Positions 1 through 9,848 of a DNA stretch of 44,653 bases are shown piece after piece. A model generated the notes under the pieces. That model ran no database searches. It saw only the letters and a list, made by a program, of their open reading frames with translations, and was not told where the DNA came from. Each line of letters starts with the position of its first letter. Position 1 is the stretch's first letter. The position numbers and the translations under genes were made by a program. Source of the DNA: Clostridia bacterium (GTDB lineage Bacteria; Bacillota; Clostridia; Christensenellales; DTU072); NCBI GenBank assembly GCA_028701415.1, contig JAQVQU010000004.1:1-44653 (forward strand). Direction: 5' to 3'.

Positions 1-1
1 T

Positions 2-85
2 AATTCCAAAAAGAAAGCTGAACAAGAGGCGGCTAAGGCTTTAATCTTTAGAGAGAACCTTTTAAATTTAAATTTTGTTTATTGA
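2..85 (+). CDS. rnc: Ribonuclease III, C-terminal fragment (5' end outside window)
   Basis: Frame 2 is open from the window edge and reads NSKKKAEQEAAKALIFRENLLNLNFVY*, with TGA at 83-85. The SKK.AEQ.AAK.AL pattern matches the end of the RNase III dsRNA-binding domain. rnc immediately precedes smc in Bacillus-type genomes. Confidence 0.6.
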   Translation, partial: NSKKKAEQEAAKALIFRENLLNLNFVY

Positions 86-149
86 GTAAGTTTTTTTATT
101 ACATACCCTCCTACATTTCGGATTTATTAATATGAAAAACTATATTTTG

Positions 150-178
150 TTGCCTTTTATTCCTTCAAAAGTTATAAT
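150..178 (+). promoter_or_regulatory. Candidate sigma-A promoter for smc (TTGCCT-17 nt-TATAAT)
   Basis: TTGCCT at 150-155, a 17-nt spacer, and a perfect TATAAT at 173-178. It lies about 45 nt upstream of the smc TTG start. Confidence 0.5.
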
Positions 179-221
179 AAAACTTAAATGTAATCTAGCA
201 TTTTACTGATGGGGTGTTGTT

Positions 222-3200
222 TTGAATTTAAGTAAAATCGAAATTCAAGGGTTTAAATCTTTTGCTGATAAAACAGAGATTATTTTTGATACAAATATTA
301 CAGGTATTGTTGGCCCTAATGGCTGTGGAAAGTCAAATGTAGTTGAGGCAGTTAGATGGGTTTTAGGTGAGCAAAAAAGCTCGATTTTAAGAATTTCTAA
401 GAATACAGATTTGATTTTTGGCGGAACAAAAACTGGCAGAAGGTCTCAGTCCTACTGTGAGGCTTCTATATATTTAGATAACTCAAAGCATCTATATCCT
501 ATAGATTTTGAGGAATTGGTAATTACAAGAAAATTGGACAGAAGTGGGGAAAGTTCCTCATTTATTAACGGTCAAAGATGTAATTTGAAAGATATTGTAA
601 ATTTATTTAGAGATACTGGAGTAGGTAGAGAAGGATATAGTATTATTGGACAGGGCAAAATTGATAGTATTGTAGGATATAAACCTGAAGCAAGAAGGGA
701 GATATTTGAGGAGGCAGCTGGAATATCTAAACATAAAGATAAGAAAAATTCCAGTGAGAATAAATTGTCTCGTACAAGAGATAATATGTCCCGGCTGAAT
801 GATATTATGTTGGAGCTCGAGCAAAACCTTGGGCCCCTTAAGTTGGAAGCAGAACAAGCAATAGAAGTTAAAAAGACTAGAAAAGAACTTAAAAACGAAG
901 AAATTCATCTATTTTTATTTCAAAGTGAGAATACTGATTTTTCAAGAAATCAAACCCAAGCAAAGTTAAAAGAGATAACGAAAACTTATGAAAATGAGAT
1001 AGAAGAATTATCTCAACTGAATGAAAAATATAATGATACTTTAAAATTGATATCAGACCTAGATGTTTCTTCAAGTAGATTACATGACCAAATATTGACT
1101 CTTACAGTAGAAGCACAAAAAGCTTTGGGAAGATCTGAAAACTTGTCATTAACTTTAACTTATAAAAAAGAAAGTAGAGACAAAAAAAACTCAGAATATC
1201 AATCGAATCAAGTTATAATGAAATCTCGGGCCAAAGATATAATTGATAAAATTGCTTATAAACAGCAAATAGAAGATGAGTTAGATAGAGAAAACAATAA
1301 TCATCAAAAAATGTCTGCAGAATATTCTAAATTAAATGAATCTGTGGATTCGCAGGAAAAAGAGATAGAATTAAGTAAACAATTGATGCTTGATAGGGTC
1401 TCTGCTAGTGCAGAGATTGATAAAAATAGAGCGAAATACGAAGTTGAATTTAACTTATTAAAACAAAATCTTCAAGACAATAAAACCCTTTTAACTGAAA
1501 AGAAGAAACTTCTATCAGATATTGAGAATCAAAAAGAATCGCTTATTGCCAAAATTGAAAAAATTAGTACAGAAAATAAACTCAAACTAGAGGAAAAATC
1601 GGCTGCTGAGATTAATTATGAGTCAAATAAAAAGGAATTGATCGAAGCAGAATTAAAGAGGAGCGAACTTATTGCTGAAAGATCAAATCTTCAGTTTAAG
1701 CTTACTACTATAAAAGAAAATATTGAAAGTTACTCGAGTTATGATGCAGCTATACAAAATCTTATGGAGTCGGCTAAAGAAGATAAAAATATTTCATCCC
1801 AAATAATAGGTACTTTAGCTGAAATTATCTCGGTCCCTAAAGAATATATGGTGGCTATTGAAATTGCTTTGGGTAATTCAATACAAAATATTGTTACTCC
1901 TGATGAGCGATCGGCATCTATTTTAATAGATTTACTTAAAAGAAATAATTATGGAAGGGCAACATTCTTGCCAGTTTCTACGGTGAAGCCGCATCCTTTA
2001 CAAAAAGAATATGAAGGTTGTTTATCTGAAAGAGGAATCATTGGATGTGCCTCTAATTTGATAAGGTATGAACATAGATTTTCTGGAATTATTTCCAGTT
2101 TTCTTGGTAGAACTATAATAGCAGAAGATAAAGAAACTGCTATCATTGTAGCAAAAAAATACAACTATTCTTTTCGAATTGTTACTCTAGATGGAGAAGC
2201 TTTTTTGCCGAGCGGAGCTATTTCCGGAGGTTCTTCTAGAACCCGGAGTTCAAGAATCTTGTCACAGGAGACCGAATCTCAAGAATTTGAAAAGAAATAT
2301 AAAAAATGTGTAAAAGATATTTCCTTAAATTCTGATTTGATTGAAGAGTTAAAAGAAGAAAAAGAAAAGTATTCACTAGCATTAAATGTTTGTGCTGCAA
2401 GGTTAACGCAAATTGAAAAAGAGTTGATTGAGCTGGGGGGGAAACTTACTAGTATTTGTGAAAAAGAGGATACAATTATTTCCGAAATAGGAAAAAATGA
2501 AAACCTTATTGAGCAAATATCAAAAAGAGTTGAAGAATTGTCTTTTATGCTCAGTTCAAGTGATAAAAATTATTCTGCCGTAAATCAACAGAAGGTTTCT
2601 GTTGATGATTTTTTATTAGAAGCAAAAGATAAATATTTCAAAGATAAAGAAAGAAGATCCAATATTTCAAAAGAATTGACAGATATTTACGTAAAGATAA
2701 AATCTTTAGAAACTGCTAGAGAAAAAACTGAACAAGATATATCTGATTATAGATTAGAATATAAATCCTTAGAAAAAAAACAAATAGAATTAGAAGTCGA
2801 AATAAAAATTTTGGATAGCGAGATTGCAAACATACAAAAAAATATGGATATTGATCAATTTTCTGAAGGAGATCGTATAAAACTTAAAGCAGCGCAAACT
2901 GACTTGGAGATGATTGATTCTAAAAAAAGGAATTTAAATCAAGAGTTAACGGATATTGATGGAAAGAGAGCGATTAAAAACATACAAATCAATGATATTA
3001 ATGAAAAGAAAATTAGAGAAGAGAATAATCTGGAAAAAATTAATCTGGAAATTGAGAATATGTCCTCTAGAATTTTTGAAACTTATGGACTTAACGTTGA
3101 AGAATGTAAAACTTACTGGATGGAAGAAGGGCTAGGACAGATTTCACAGAATATCAATGTAGAAAAATCCTTAGACAAGATTCTCCGTCTTAGAAGAAAG

Positions 3201-3833
3201 ATTGAGCGAATAGGTCCTATTAACGAATTGGCCGAAGACAAGTATAATTCTGAAAGCATCAGATACGATGACATGAAAAAACAATTTGATGATTTATCCA
3301 AAGCTGAGCAAGATCTAGTAAAAATAATCACTGATTTAACAAAAGAGATGGAACAAAGATTTACCGAAAATTTCAAGAAAATTAGTGAAAATTTCAAAAT
3401 TACTTATAAAGATTTGTTCGGAGGGGGGACAGGACATTTAAGCCTTGAAAAGGGAGTGAGTCCGTTAACAGCGGGAATCAATATAGACTCTCAACCGCCA
3501 GGAAAAGACTTGAAGTCAATAGAATTGCTTTCTGGAGGGGAAAAGACACTTACAGCCATAGCCATTCTTTTTGCAATAAATAAATTGACTCCTATGCCAT
3601 TTAGCATACTAGATGAAATAGACGCTTCTCTTGATGAGTCTAATGCTAGGCTTTTTGCCCAGTATTTATCCAAGTTTTCTAAAGATACTGAATTTATTGT
3701 GATAACGCATAGAAAACCGACAATGTCTCTATGTGATGTATTGTATGGAGTTACAATGCAAGAAAAAGGAGTTAGCAAAATAGTAAAAGTAAAGCTTGAG
3801 GAAGCCGAAAAACATGTAAATAAAGGGGCATAA
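222..3833 (+). CDS. smc: Chromosome partition protein SMC (TTG start)
   Basis: 1203 aa. N-terminal Walker A GPNGCGKSN. Long heptad-like coiled-coil arms around a central hinge. C-terminal signature LSGGEKTLTAIAILFA and Walker B ILDEIDASLD. Confidence 0.96.
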   Translation: MNLSKIEIQGFKSFADKTEIIFDTNITGIVGPNGCGKSNVVEAVRWVLGEQKSSILRISKNTDLIFGGTKTGRRSQSYCEASIYLDNSKHLYPIDFEELVITRKLDRSGESSSFINGQRCNLKDIVNLFRDTGVGREGYSIIGQGKIDSIVGYKPEARREIFEEAAGISKHKDKKNSSENKLSRTRDNMSRLNDIMLELEQNLGPLKLEAEQAIEVKKTRKELKNEEIHLFLFQSENTDFSRNQTQAKLKEITKTYENEIEELSQLNEKYNDTLKLISDLDVSSSRLHDQILTLTVEAQKALGRSENLSLTLTYKKESRDKKNSEYQSNQVIMKSRAKDIIDKIAYKQQIEDELDRENNNHQKMSAEYSKLNESVDSQEKEIELSKQLMLDRVSASAEIDKNRAKYEVEFNLLKQNLQDNKTLLTEKKKLLSDIENQKESLIAKIEKISTENKLKLEEKSAAEINYESNKKELIEAELKRSELIAERSNLQFKLTTIKENIESYSSYDAAIQNLMESAKEDKNISSQIIGTLAEIISVPKEYMVAIEIALGNSIQNIVTPDERSASILIDLLKRNNYGRATFLPVSTVKPHPLQKEYEGCLSERGIIGCASNLIRYEHRFSGIISSFLGRTIIAEDKETAIIVAKKYNYSFRIVTLDGEAFLPSGAISGGSSRTRSSRILSQETESQEFEKKYKKCVKDISLNSDLIEELKEEKEKYSLALNVCAARLTQIEKELIELGGKLTSICEKEDTIISEIGKNENLIEQISKRVEELSFMLSSSDKNYSAVNQQKVSVDDFLLEAKDKYFKDKERRSNISKELTDIYVKIKSLETAREKTEQDISDYRLEYKSLEKKQIELEVEIKILDSEIANIQKNMDIDQFSEGDRIKLKAAQTDLEMIDSKKRNLNQELTDIDGKRAIKNIQINDINEKKIREENNLEKINLEIENMSSRIFETYGLNVEECKTYWMEEGLGQISQNINVEKSLDKILRLRRKIERIGPINELAEDKYNSESIRYDDMKKQFDDLSKAEQDLVKIITDLTKEMEQRFTENFKKISENFKITYKDLFGGGTGHLSLEKGVSPLTAGINIDSQPPGKDLKSIELLSGGEKTLTAIAILFAINKLTPMPFSILDEIDASLDESNARLFAQYLSKFSKDTEFIVITHRKPTMSLCDVLYGVTMQEKGVSKIVKVKLEEAEKHVNKGA

Positions 3834-3836
3834 TTC

Positions 3837-4733
3837 ATGGGATTTTTCTTAAAATTAAAAGAAGGCTTAAAAAAAACCAGAGAAAGTATTAGTAGAAAAT
3901 TTTTCGAAGCTTTTAAAACTAAAGAACTTGACCAGAAATTTTATGACGCACTCGAAGTAGCCTTGATATCAGCCGACATGGGCTATATTGCAACAGAAAA
4001 TATTTTAAATAGATTGCGAACTGAAATCCCATCAAAAAAAATTTCTAAACCTGAAGAGGCTAAGACACTTTTAAAAAAAATATTACTTGAGACGATTGAT
4101 TATGAAATACCAAATTATGAATTCCCTCTCTTAATATTAATTTCTGGTGTTAATGGAGTTGGAAAAACAACTGCCGTGGGAAAGTTGGCTAAATTATTTG
4201 TTTCTCAGGGAAAAAGTGTTGTAATTGCGGCTGCCGATACTTTTCGAGCCGCTGCAAGCGAACAACTAGAAATTTGGGCGGAAAGAGCAGGTGTAAGGGT
4301 AATTTCTCATTCTGAAGGGAGTGACCCGGCCGCTGTGGTTTTTGACACTCTAATTTCTGCAAAAACTAAAGGGACACAAGTAATAATCGTAGATACTGCA
4401 GGAAGATTACATAATAAGAAAAATCTAATGGAAGAACTGAAGAAAATTAATCGAGTTATAGACCGCGAACTACCCAACTCTGATCGTCGAAATTTAATAG
4501 TGCTAGATGCGACAACTGGACAAAATGCAGTAAGACAGGTTGAGGTTTTTAATGAGGCAATAGAAATAGATGGTATAATCCTAACTAAGCTAGACGGAAC
4601 AGCTAAAGGCGGAGTTGTTATGGCAATAGCAGAAGAGCAGAATATCCCAGTTTATTATGCTGGAGTCGGGGAAGGAATTGACGATTTAATCCCATTTGAT
4701 GCAAAAGATTTTATAGATGCCATTTTAGATTAG
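3837..4733 (+). CDS. ftsY: Signal recognition particle receptor FtsY
   Basis: SRP-GTPase motifs GVNGVGKTTAVGKLA, DTAGRLHNK and TKLDGTAKGG. SD AGGGG lies 8 nt upstream. The smc-ftsY order is conserved. Confidence 0.95.
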   Translation: MGFFLKLKEGLKKTRESISRKFFEAFKTKELDQKFYDALEVALISADMGYIATENILNRLRTEIPSKKISKPEEAKTLLKKILLETIDYEIPNYEFPLLILISGVNGVGKTTAVGKLAKLFVSQGKSVVIAAADTFRAAASEQLEIWAERAGVRVISHSEGSDPAAVVFDTLISAKTKGTQVIIVDTAGRLHNKKNLMEELKKINRVIDRELPNSDRRNLIVLDATTGQNAVRQVEVFNEAIEIDGIILTKLDGTAKGGVVMAIAEEQNIPVYYAGVGEGIDDLIPFDAKDFIDAILD

Positions 4734-4751
4734 ATTTATTATTACATTCAT

Positions 4752-4780
4752 TTGACATATTTATTATTTAAAAGTAAAAT
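4752..4780 (+). promoter_or_regulatory. Candidate sigma-A promoter for the ylxM-ffh-rpsP... operon (TTGACA-17 nt-TAAAAT)
   Basis: Perfect -35 TTGACA at 4752-4757, a 17-nt spacer, and TAAAAT at 4775-4780, in the 103-bp gap between ftsY and ylxM. Confidence 0.55.
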
Positions 4781-4836
4781 AGTGTAAAACAAAAATACTT
4801 TACACAAGCAAGGCAGATTTTTTGAATTGAAGAACG

Positions 4837-5163
4837 ATGAATAAGTTAGATAAATTAGAGATATCCCTGTTAAATGATTATTACAGCTCTTTATTAACAG
4901 ACTATCAGGCTGGTTTGATACGTTTATATTATGACGACGATCTTTCTTTGTCGGAAATTGCAGAGCTGAACAATATTACCCGACAAGCCGCTTTAGATGT
5001 TATCAATAGAGGGACTTCAAAACTAAAAGAATTTGAGAGCAAGTTAAATCTAGTCAAAAAGACTCAAGTTTTAAAAAATGAAATTATCAAGCTAAAGACA
5101 TCGTGTGATATCGATACTTCAAATAAATTAGAAAACATTTTAGAAATTTTGGAAGAATTATAA
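4837..5163 (+). CDS. ylxM: UPF0122 / YlxM helix-turn-helix protein of the SRP operon
   Basis: 108 aa. The LL..YY..LLT..Q.....LYY.DDLSL.EIAE......RQA..D pattern is typical of YlxM. It sits directly upstream of ffh and overlaps it as TAATG. Confidence 0.85.
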   Translation: MNKLDKLEISLLNDYYSSLLTDYQAGLIRLYYDDDLSLSEIAELNNITRQAALDVINRGTSKLKEFESKLNLVKKTQVLKNEIIKLKTSCDIDTSNKLENILEILEEL

Positions 5164-6473
5164 TGGCATTATTTAAAACTTTATCTTTAAAAATTAATCA
5201 TGCGTTTAGTAAGATTAAAAATAAGTCTGGATTAACTGAGCTTGAGTTGAAAGAAGCGATGAGAGAAGTTAGAATGGCTCTTCTTGAAGCAGATGTAAAC
5301 TTCTTAGTAGCAAAAGAATTTATTAATAAAGTTACAAGCAAGGCAATTGGGTCAGACATTTTACGAGGCTTGAATAGTTCTCAACAAGTAATAAAACTTG
5401 TAAATGATGAACTTGTTGAATTAATGGGTAGTCGCTTTTCCAAACTAATGGTTTCTGACTCTCTTCCTTCGGTATACATGATGTGCGGGCTTCAAGGTTC
5501 TGGCAAGACGACAATGTGTGGAAAGCTTGCAAAGATTCTGGCTAAAGATAACAAAAAAGTATTGCTCGCTGCTTGTGATATATACAGGCCTGCGGCAATT
5601 AAACAGCTACAAATTATAGGGGAAAGAAGCAAAACTCAAGTTTTTGAAAAAGGCCAAATCGATCCCATTATAATCTCAAAACAAGCTGTTGAATATGCTA
5701 AAACAAATGGGTACGATACCGTTATACTGGATACCGCGGGTAGGTTGCATATAGATGAAAAATTAATGGAAGAATTGAGATCCATTAAGCTTGCAGTTAA
5801 ACCCACTGAAATTTTATTAGTTGTTGATAGTATGTTAGGGCAAGATAGTGTAAATGTTGCAGATAGATTTAATCAAGATTTAGATATATCAGGAGTGATT
5901 TTAACCAAATTAGATGGGGATACTAGAGGCGGAGCTGCCTTGTCCATAAAGGCAATTTGTGGCAAACCAATAAAGTATGTTGGGATAGGAGAAAAATTAG
6001 AAGATATTGAACCTTTTCACCCTGACAGAATGGCTTCAAGAATCCTTGGAATGGGGGATGTATTAACTCTTATTGAAAAGGCTCAAGATGCAATTTCTGA
6101 AGAGAATGCAAAAAAAATAGCAAAAAAAATAAAGAATAGCTCATTTGATCTTGAAGACTATTTAGATCAATTAAATGGAATTAAAAAGATGGGTGGTATG
6201 AAGGATATGTTGGATATGATTCCAGGCCTATCTGGAAAAGTAAGTGCAAAAGATATTGATGATAAGTCTTTTGATAGGACTAAGGCAATCATTTATTCAA
6301 TGACTCCAGAGGAGCGTCATAAACCAGAAATTATTAAGGCTTCTAGAAGGAAAAGAATATCGAAGGGTAGCGGAACTTCAGTACAAGAGGTGAATAAACT
6401 TTTGAACCAGTTTGAACAAATGAAATTAATGATGAAAAAAGTAAGTTCGGGAAAATTTAAATTCCCGTTCTAA
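5163..6473 (+). CDS. ffh: Signal recognition particle protein Ffh
   Basis: GLQGSGKTTMCGKLA, DTAGRLHID and TKLDGDTRGG motifs. Met-rich M domain (GMKDMLDMIPG, MKLMMKK). Confidence 0.96.
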   Translation: MALFKTLSLKINHAFSKIKNKSGLTELELKEAMREVRMALLEADVNFLVAKEFINKVTSKAIGSDILRGLNSSQQVIKLVNDELVELMGSRFSKLMVSDSLPSVYMMCGLQGSGKTTMCGKLAKILAKDNKKVLLAACDIYRPAAIKQLQIIGERSKTQVFEKGQIDPIIISKQAVEYAKTNGYDTVILDTAGRLHIDEKLMEELRSIKLAVKPTEILLVVDSMLGQDSVNVADRFNQDLDISGVILTKLDGDTRGGAALSIKAICGKPIKYVGIGEKLEDIEPFHPDRMASRILGMGDVLTLIEKAQDAISEENAKKIAKKIKNSSFDLEDYLDQLNGIKKMGGMKDMLDMIPGLSGKVSAKDIDDKSFDRTKAIIYSMTPEERHKPEIIKASRRKRISKGSGTSVQEVNKLLNQFEQMKLMMKKVSSGKFKFPF

Positions 6474-6495
6474 TATAATATTTTGGAGGTAAAAA

Positions 6496-6810
6496 ATGGC
6501 AGTAAAAATTAGGTTAACAAGAATGGGCGCAAAGAAGAAACCTTTTTATCGTATCGTTGCGATAGATTCGGGAAAGGCAAGGGATAGTAAGTACATTGAA
6601 CAGATTGGTACTTTTGATCCAATTTCTGATCCAGTCGCGATCAAAATTGATGCAGAAAAAGCAAAGAAGTGGCTTGCTAATGGAGCCCAACCAACCGACA
6701 CAGTAAGGTCTATATTTGTGAAAGAAGGGATTATCGCGCCTTCAGCTAAAGCAAAGAAATCTGATGACTCTAAAAGTGAAGCCATAGATGCTGCTGCGAA
6801 AAAAATATAG
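6496..6810 (+). CDS. rpsP: 30S ribosomal protein S16, with a Lys/Ala-rich C-terminal tail
   Basis: [25 protein letters not shown] is the canonical S16 N-terminus. GGAGG lies 6 nt upstream of the ATG. Confidence 0.95.
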   Translation: MAVKIRLTRMGAKKKPFYRIVAIDSGKARDSKYIEQIGTFDPISDPVAIKIDAEKAKKWLANGAQPTDTVRSIFVKEGIIAPSAKAKKSDDSKSEAIDAAAKKI

Positions 6811-6826
6811 AGCGTAAGGAGAAAAA

Positions 6827-7057
6827 ATGAGAGAGCTTGTAGATTATTTAGTAGGTGAAATTTTATCAAAAGATAATTTTGACATTGTAGAGGTTGAAGA
6901 CGGAAATACAGTTGAGATTCGTGTTCAGGTTGATGCAGATAAAATAGGAAAAGTTATCGGAAAGTCAGGGAGAATAGCCAAAGCAATTAGAACAATTGTA
7001 AAGGCATCTGCACAGAATTCGGATAAGCACTATGATGTCATAATTAGTGAAAGATGA
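6827..7057 (+). CDS. khpA: KH-domain RNA-binding protein (YlqC/KhpA family)
   Basis: 76 aa with the KH GXXG loop IGKVIGKSGRIAKAIRTIV. Conserved position between rpsP and rimM. SD AAGGAG. Confidence 0.85.
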   Translation: MRELVDYLVGEILSKDNFDIVEVEDGNTVEIRVQVDADKIGKVIGKSGRIAKAIRTIVKASAQNSDKHYDVIISER

Positions 7058-7557
7058 TAGATAATGTACTAGTAGGGAAAATCCTCACGGCTCATGGGAT
7101 AAAAGGAGAAATTAAAATTCTTCCATATACCGATAGCACGGAGGATTTTTGCCGAATAAAAAATTTATTTATAAATGGTGTGCACTATGAGGTTGAATCT
7201 TCTCGCCCAATTGGGGAAAGGGTTTTATTGAAACTTAAAGGGATAGATGATAGAGATTCTGCTTTAAGCTTAAATGGGGATCTATTTGTAGATAGGATTG
7301 ATTTGCCCGATAAGGTTGGGAGATACTATGTTCACGATATTTTGGGTTTTTCGGTGATTTGCTGCGGAATAGTCGAGGGGTTTTTACGTGAAATTATGAA
7401 TTATGGAAATAGCGTGGATATTTACTTTGTTGAGTCAGATAAAGGCAACTATAGTTTTCCAGCTCTTCAAGAAGTTATAGAAAAAATTGATATCGATAAT
7501 AAAAAAATAATTCTTATTGAAAAAGAATTAGAAAAGGTAAGAGTTTATGAAGTTTAG
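7054..7557 (+). CDS. rimM: 16S rRNA processing protein RimM
   Basis: VGKILTAHGIKGEIKI N-terminal motif. ATGA overlap with the upstream gene. Conserved rimM-trmD order. Confidence 0.9.
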   Translation: MIDNVLVGKILTAHGIKGEIKILPYTDSTEDFCRIKNLFINGVHYEVESSRPIGERVLLKLKGIDDRDSALSLNGDLFVDRIDLPDKVGRYYVHDILGFSVICCGIVEGFLREIMNYGNSVDIYFVESDKGNYSFPALQEVIEKIDIDNKKIILIEKELEKVRVYEV

Positions 7558-8215
7558 TGTATTAACTCTTTTGCCAGAAATATATGATAGTTTAAACTAC
7601 AGTGTTATTGGAAGAGCTATAACAAATAAGATTATTAATATTTCTGTTAGCAATATTCGTGATTATTCGTTGGATAAGCACAAGAAATGTGACGATATGC
7701 CTTTTGGTGGGGGGGCAGGGATGGTTATGACTCCCCAACCGATTCATTCAGCACTAGAATATATTGATCCTGAACATAAATCTTTAAGAGTTTATTTGTC
7801 TCCCAAAGGCGAAAAATTTGATCATAGCTTAGCAAAAAAATTAAGCAATGAAAAATGGATTACGCTACTTAATGGTAGCTTTGAGGGTGTTGACCAAAGA
7901 GTTATTGATTTGGATATCGACAAAGAAATTTCTATAGGCGACTATATTCTTACATCAGGTGATTTTGCCTCTTTGGTTATAATAAATTGTATTTCTAGAT
8001 TTATTCCTGGAGTTTTGGGAAGTGAATTATCAGCAGAAGAAGATAGTTTTTCAAATGGCTTATTAGAGTATCCACATTATACACGGCCTCAGAAATTTTT
8101 AGGTATAACCGTTCCCAAGGTTCTATTAAGTGGCAATCACGAGGAAATTAAAAAATGGCGAAATTCTCAAAGTAGATTAATAACAAATAATAAAAGGCCA
8201 GATCTTTCGGAGTAG
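7547..8215 (+). CDS. trmD: tRNA (guanine37-N1)-methyltransferase TrmD
   Basis: MKFSVLTLLPE start, DDMPFGGGAGMVM, and a LSGNHEEIKKWR C-terminal motif. Confidence 0.95.
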   Translation: MKFSVLTLLPEIYDSLNYSVIGRAITNKIINISVSNIRDYSLDKHKKCDDMPFGGGAGMVMTPQPIHSALEYIDPEHKSLRVYLSPKGEKFDHSLAKKLSNEKWITLLNGSFEGVDQRVIDLDIDKEISIGDYILTSGDFASLVIINCISRFIPGVLGSELSAEEDSFSNGLLEYPHYTRPQKFLGITVPKVLLSGNHEEIKKWRNSQSRLITNNKRPDLSE

Positions 8216-8218
8216 ATT

Positions 8219-9088
8219 ATGTTTATACATTGGTATCCTGGACATATGACCAAGGCTTATAGATTACTAGAAGGTAACATATGCCTAGTTGACAGCGTTA
8301 TATATGTTCTTGATGCAAGGGCACCACTATCTTGTATAAATGAAGAGTTCGATAAGCTAATAAGAAATAAACCGGTCTTATATGTGATTAACAAATCTGA
8401 CCTTATATCAAAAGCCGATTTGAATCTATGGTTAAATTATTTTAAAAAATTGAATCTACCCTGCGTGTCTACGAACAGTTTATCCCTTGAAGAGGCAAGG
8501 ATTGTCAAGGAAGCATTGAATTCATTGCATGTAAATTTAATTGAAAAATATATGAAAAAAAATACTATTAGGACTCCAAGATCTATGGTCATAGGAGTGC
8601 CAAATAGTGGCAAATCTTCTTTAATAAATAATCTTGCATCTAAGGGAAAACTCGAGACAGCAAACAGACCGGGAGTTACTCGTTCAATTCAATGGATTAA
8701 AATTAATAACAATATAGAACTAATGGATAGCCCGGGTCTTCTTTTCCCAGATTTTAAAAATCAGGAGAAAGCCTATAAATTAGCTGCAATTGGAAGTATA
8801 AAGGATGAACGATTCGATTTTTTAGAGTTGGCAGAAAAACTTTTTTTGCAAATTGAAGAAATAGCTCCCCAAAATATTATTAAAAGGTATGCAGAGATAA
8901 TAAACCATAAAAATAATTCTCATATAGAAAATATTGCTTTTTCTAGGGGCTTCTTATTATCTGGGGGTAAGCCAGACCTAGAAAGGGCGGCAAGAACATT
9001 TGTAAACGATTTTAGAAAAGGTTTTTTGGGGAAAATCTGTTTAGATATAGCTCTAATTCATAAAGACTTTTTATATAAGGGGGAGTAA
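8219..9088 (+). CDS. rbgA: Ribosome biogenesis GTPase A (YlqF/RbgA), circularly permuted GTPase
   Basis: HWYPGHMTKA start. Permuted motif order: G4 NKSDL, then G1 GVPNSGKSSLIN, then G3 DSPG. Confidence 0.92.
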   Translation: MFIHWYPGHMTKAYRLLEGNICLVDSVIYVLDARAPLSCINEEFDKLIRNKPVLYVINKSDLISKADLNLWLNYFKKLNLPCVSTNSLSLEEARIVKEALNSLHVNLIEKYMKKNTIRTPRSMVIGVPNSGKSSLINNLASKGKLETANRPGVTRSIQWIKINNNIELMDSPGLLFPDFKNQEKAYKLAAIGSIKDERFDFLELAEKLFLQIEEIAPQNIIKRYAEIINHKNNSHIENIAFSRGFLLSGGKPDLERAARTFVNDFRKGFLGKICLDIALIHKDFLYKGE

Positions 9089-9693
9089 TGAATCCGTTAT
9101 TTACTTACGAGAATAGTATTCTTCCCAAAGAAGATATTACTTTGATATGTGGAGTAGATGAGGTAGGTAGGGGCCCACTTGCTGGCCCAGTTGCTGCTTG
9201 TGCATGTATTCCCTGTAGGAACATTGATTTTGAAGGAATTAACGATAGTAAAAAAGTATCTCTTAATAGAAGAAATGATCTCTATAATAAACTAATAAAT
9301 TCTGTGCTTGACTATAAAACTGTTTTTGTCTCGCCTGAGGAAATAGATGAAATTAATATACTCAATGCCACAAAAAAAGCAATGATTAATGCAATAACTT
9401 CCTTGTTTCCTCTTCCGGAAATAGTTTTAATAGATGCAGTGCCTATTACAATAAAAAATTACTTATGCAAGTCTATTATAAAAGGGGATGCTAAGTGTTA
9501 TTCAATAGCTTGTGCTTCGATTATTGCAAAAATTGAGCGAGATAATTTGATGATGCGCTTCGCAGAAATTTATCCTGAATATGGGTTTGATGAGCACAAA
9601 GGGTATGGAACCTCACATCACATTGAGATGATTAAGAAATATGGACCTTGTGATATTCACAGAAAGACCTTTATTAAGAAATTTATAATTTGA
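9088..9693 (+). CDS. rnhB: Ribonuclease HII
   Basis: GVDEVGRGPLAGPV catalytic motif, then DSKK. TAATG overlap with rbgA. The rbgA-rnhB order is conserved. Confidence 0.93.
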   Translation: MNPLFTYENSILPKEDITLICGVDEVGRGPLAGPVAACACIPCRNIDFEGINDSKKVSLNRRNDLYNKLINSVLDYKTVFVSPEEIDEINILNATKKAMINAITSLFPLPEIVLIDAVPITIKNYLCKSIIKGDAKCYSIACASIIAKIERDNLMMRFAEIYPEYGFDEHKGYGTSHHIEMIKKYGPCDIHRKTFIKKFII

Positions 9694-9714
9694 GTAAAAG
9701 AATTTCTGTGTCCA

Positions 9715-9730
9715 ATATATATATATATAT
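9715..9730. repeat. (AT)8 dinucleotide microsatellite
   Basis: Sixteen uninterrupted alternating A/T bases, 12 nt upstream of the putative rplS -35 box. Confidence 0.9.
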
Positions 9731-9741
9731 AATAAAAACGC

Positions 9742-9770
9742 TTGATTATAAAAAATCTATTTGATACTAT
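9742..9770 (+). promoter_or_regulatory. Candidate sigma-A promoter for rplS (TTGATT-17 nt-TACTAT)
   Basis: TTGATT at 9742-9747, a 17-nt spacer, and TACTAT at 9765-9770. This leaves a leader of about 70 nt before the rplS SD. Confidence 0.45.
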
Positions 9771-9848
9771 ATACTAGGTTTTGTAACGGACCTATACGAG
9801 AAAAAATCCAAGCCTCGCAAGTACGTTATTTATTTTTTGGAGGTATAT

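Noticed and set aside
132-209. A 25-codon ORF (MKNYILLPFIPSKVIIKLKCNLAFY) in the rnc-smc gap.
   Set aside because: It has no SD. The best smc promoter candidate (150-178) lies inside it, so it would not be on the smc transcript leader in a translatable form.
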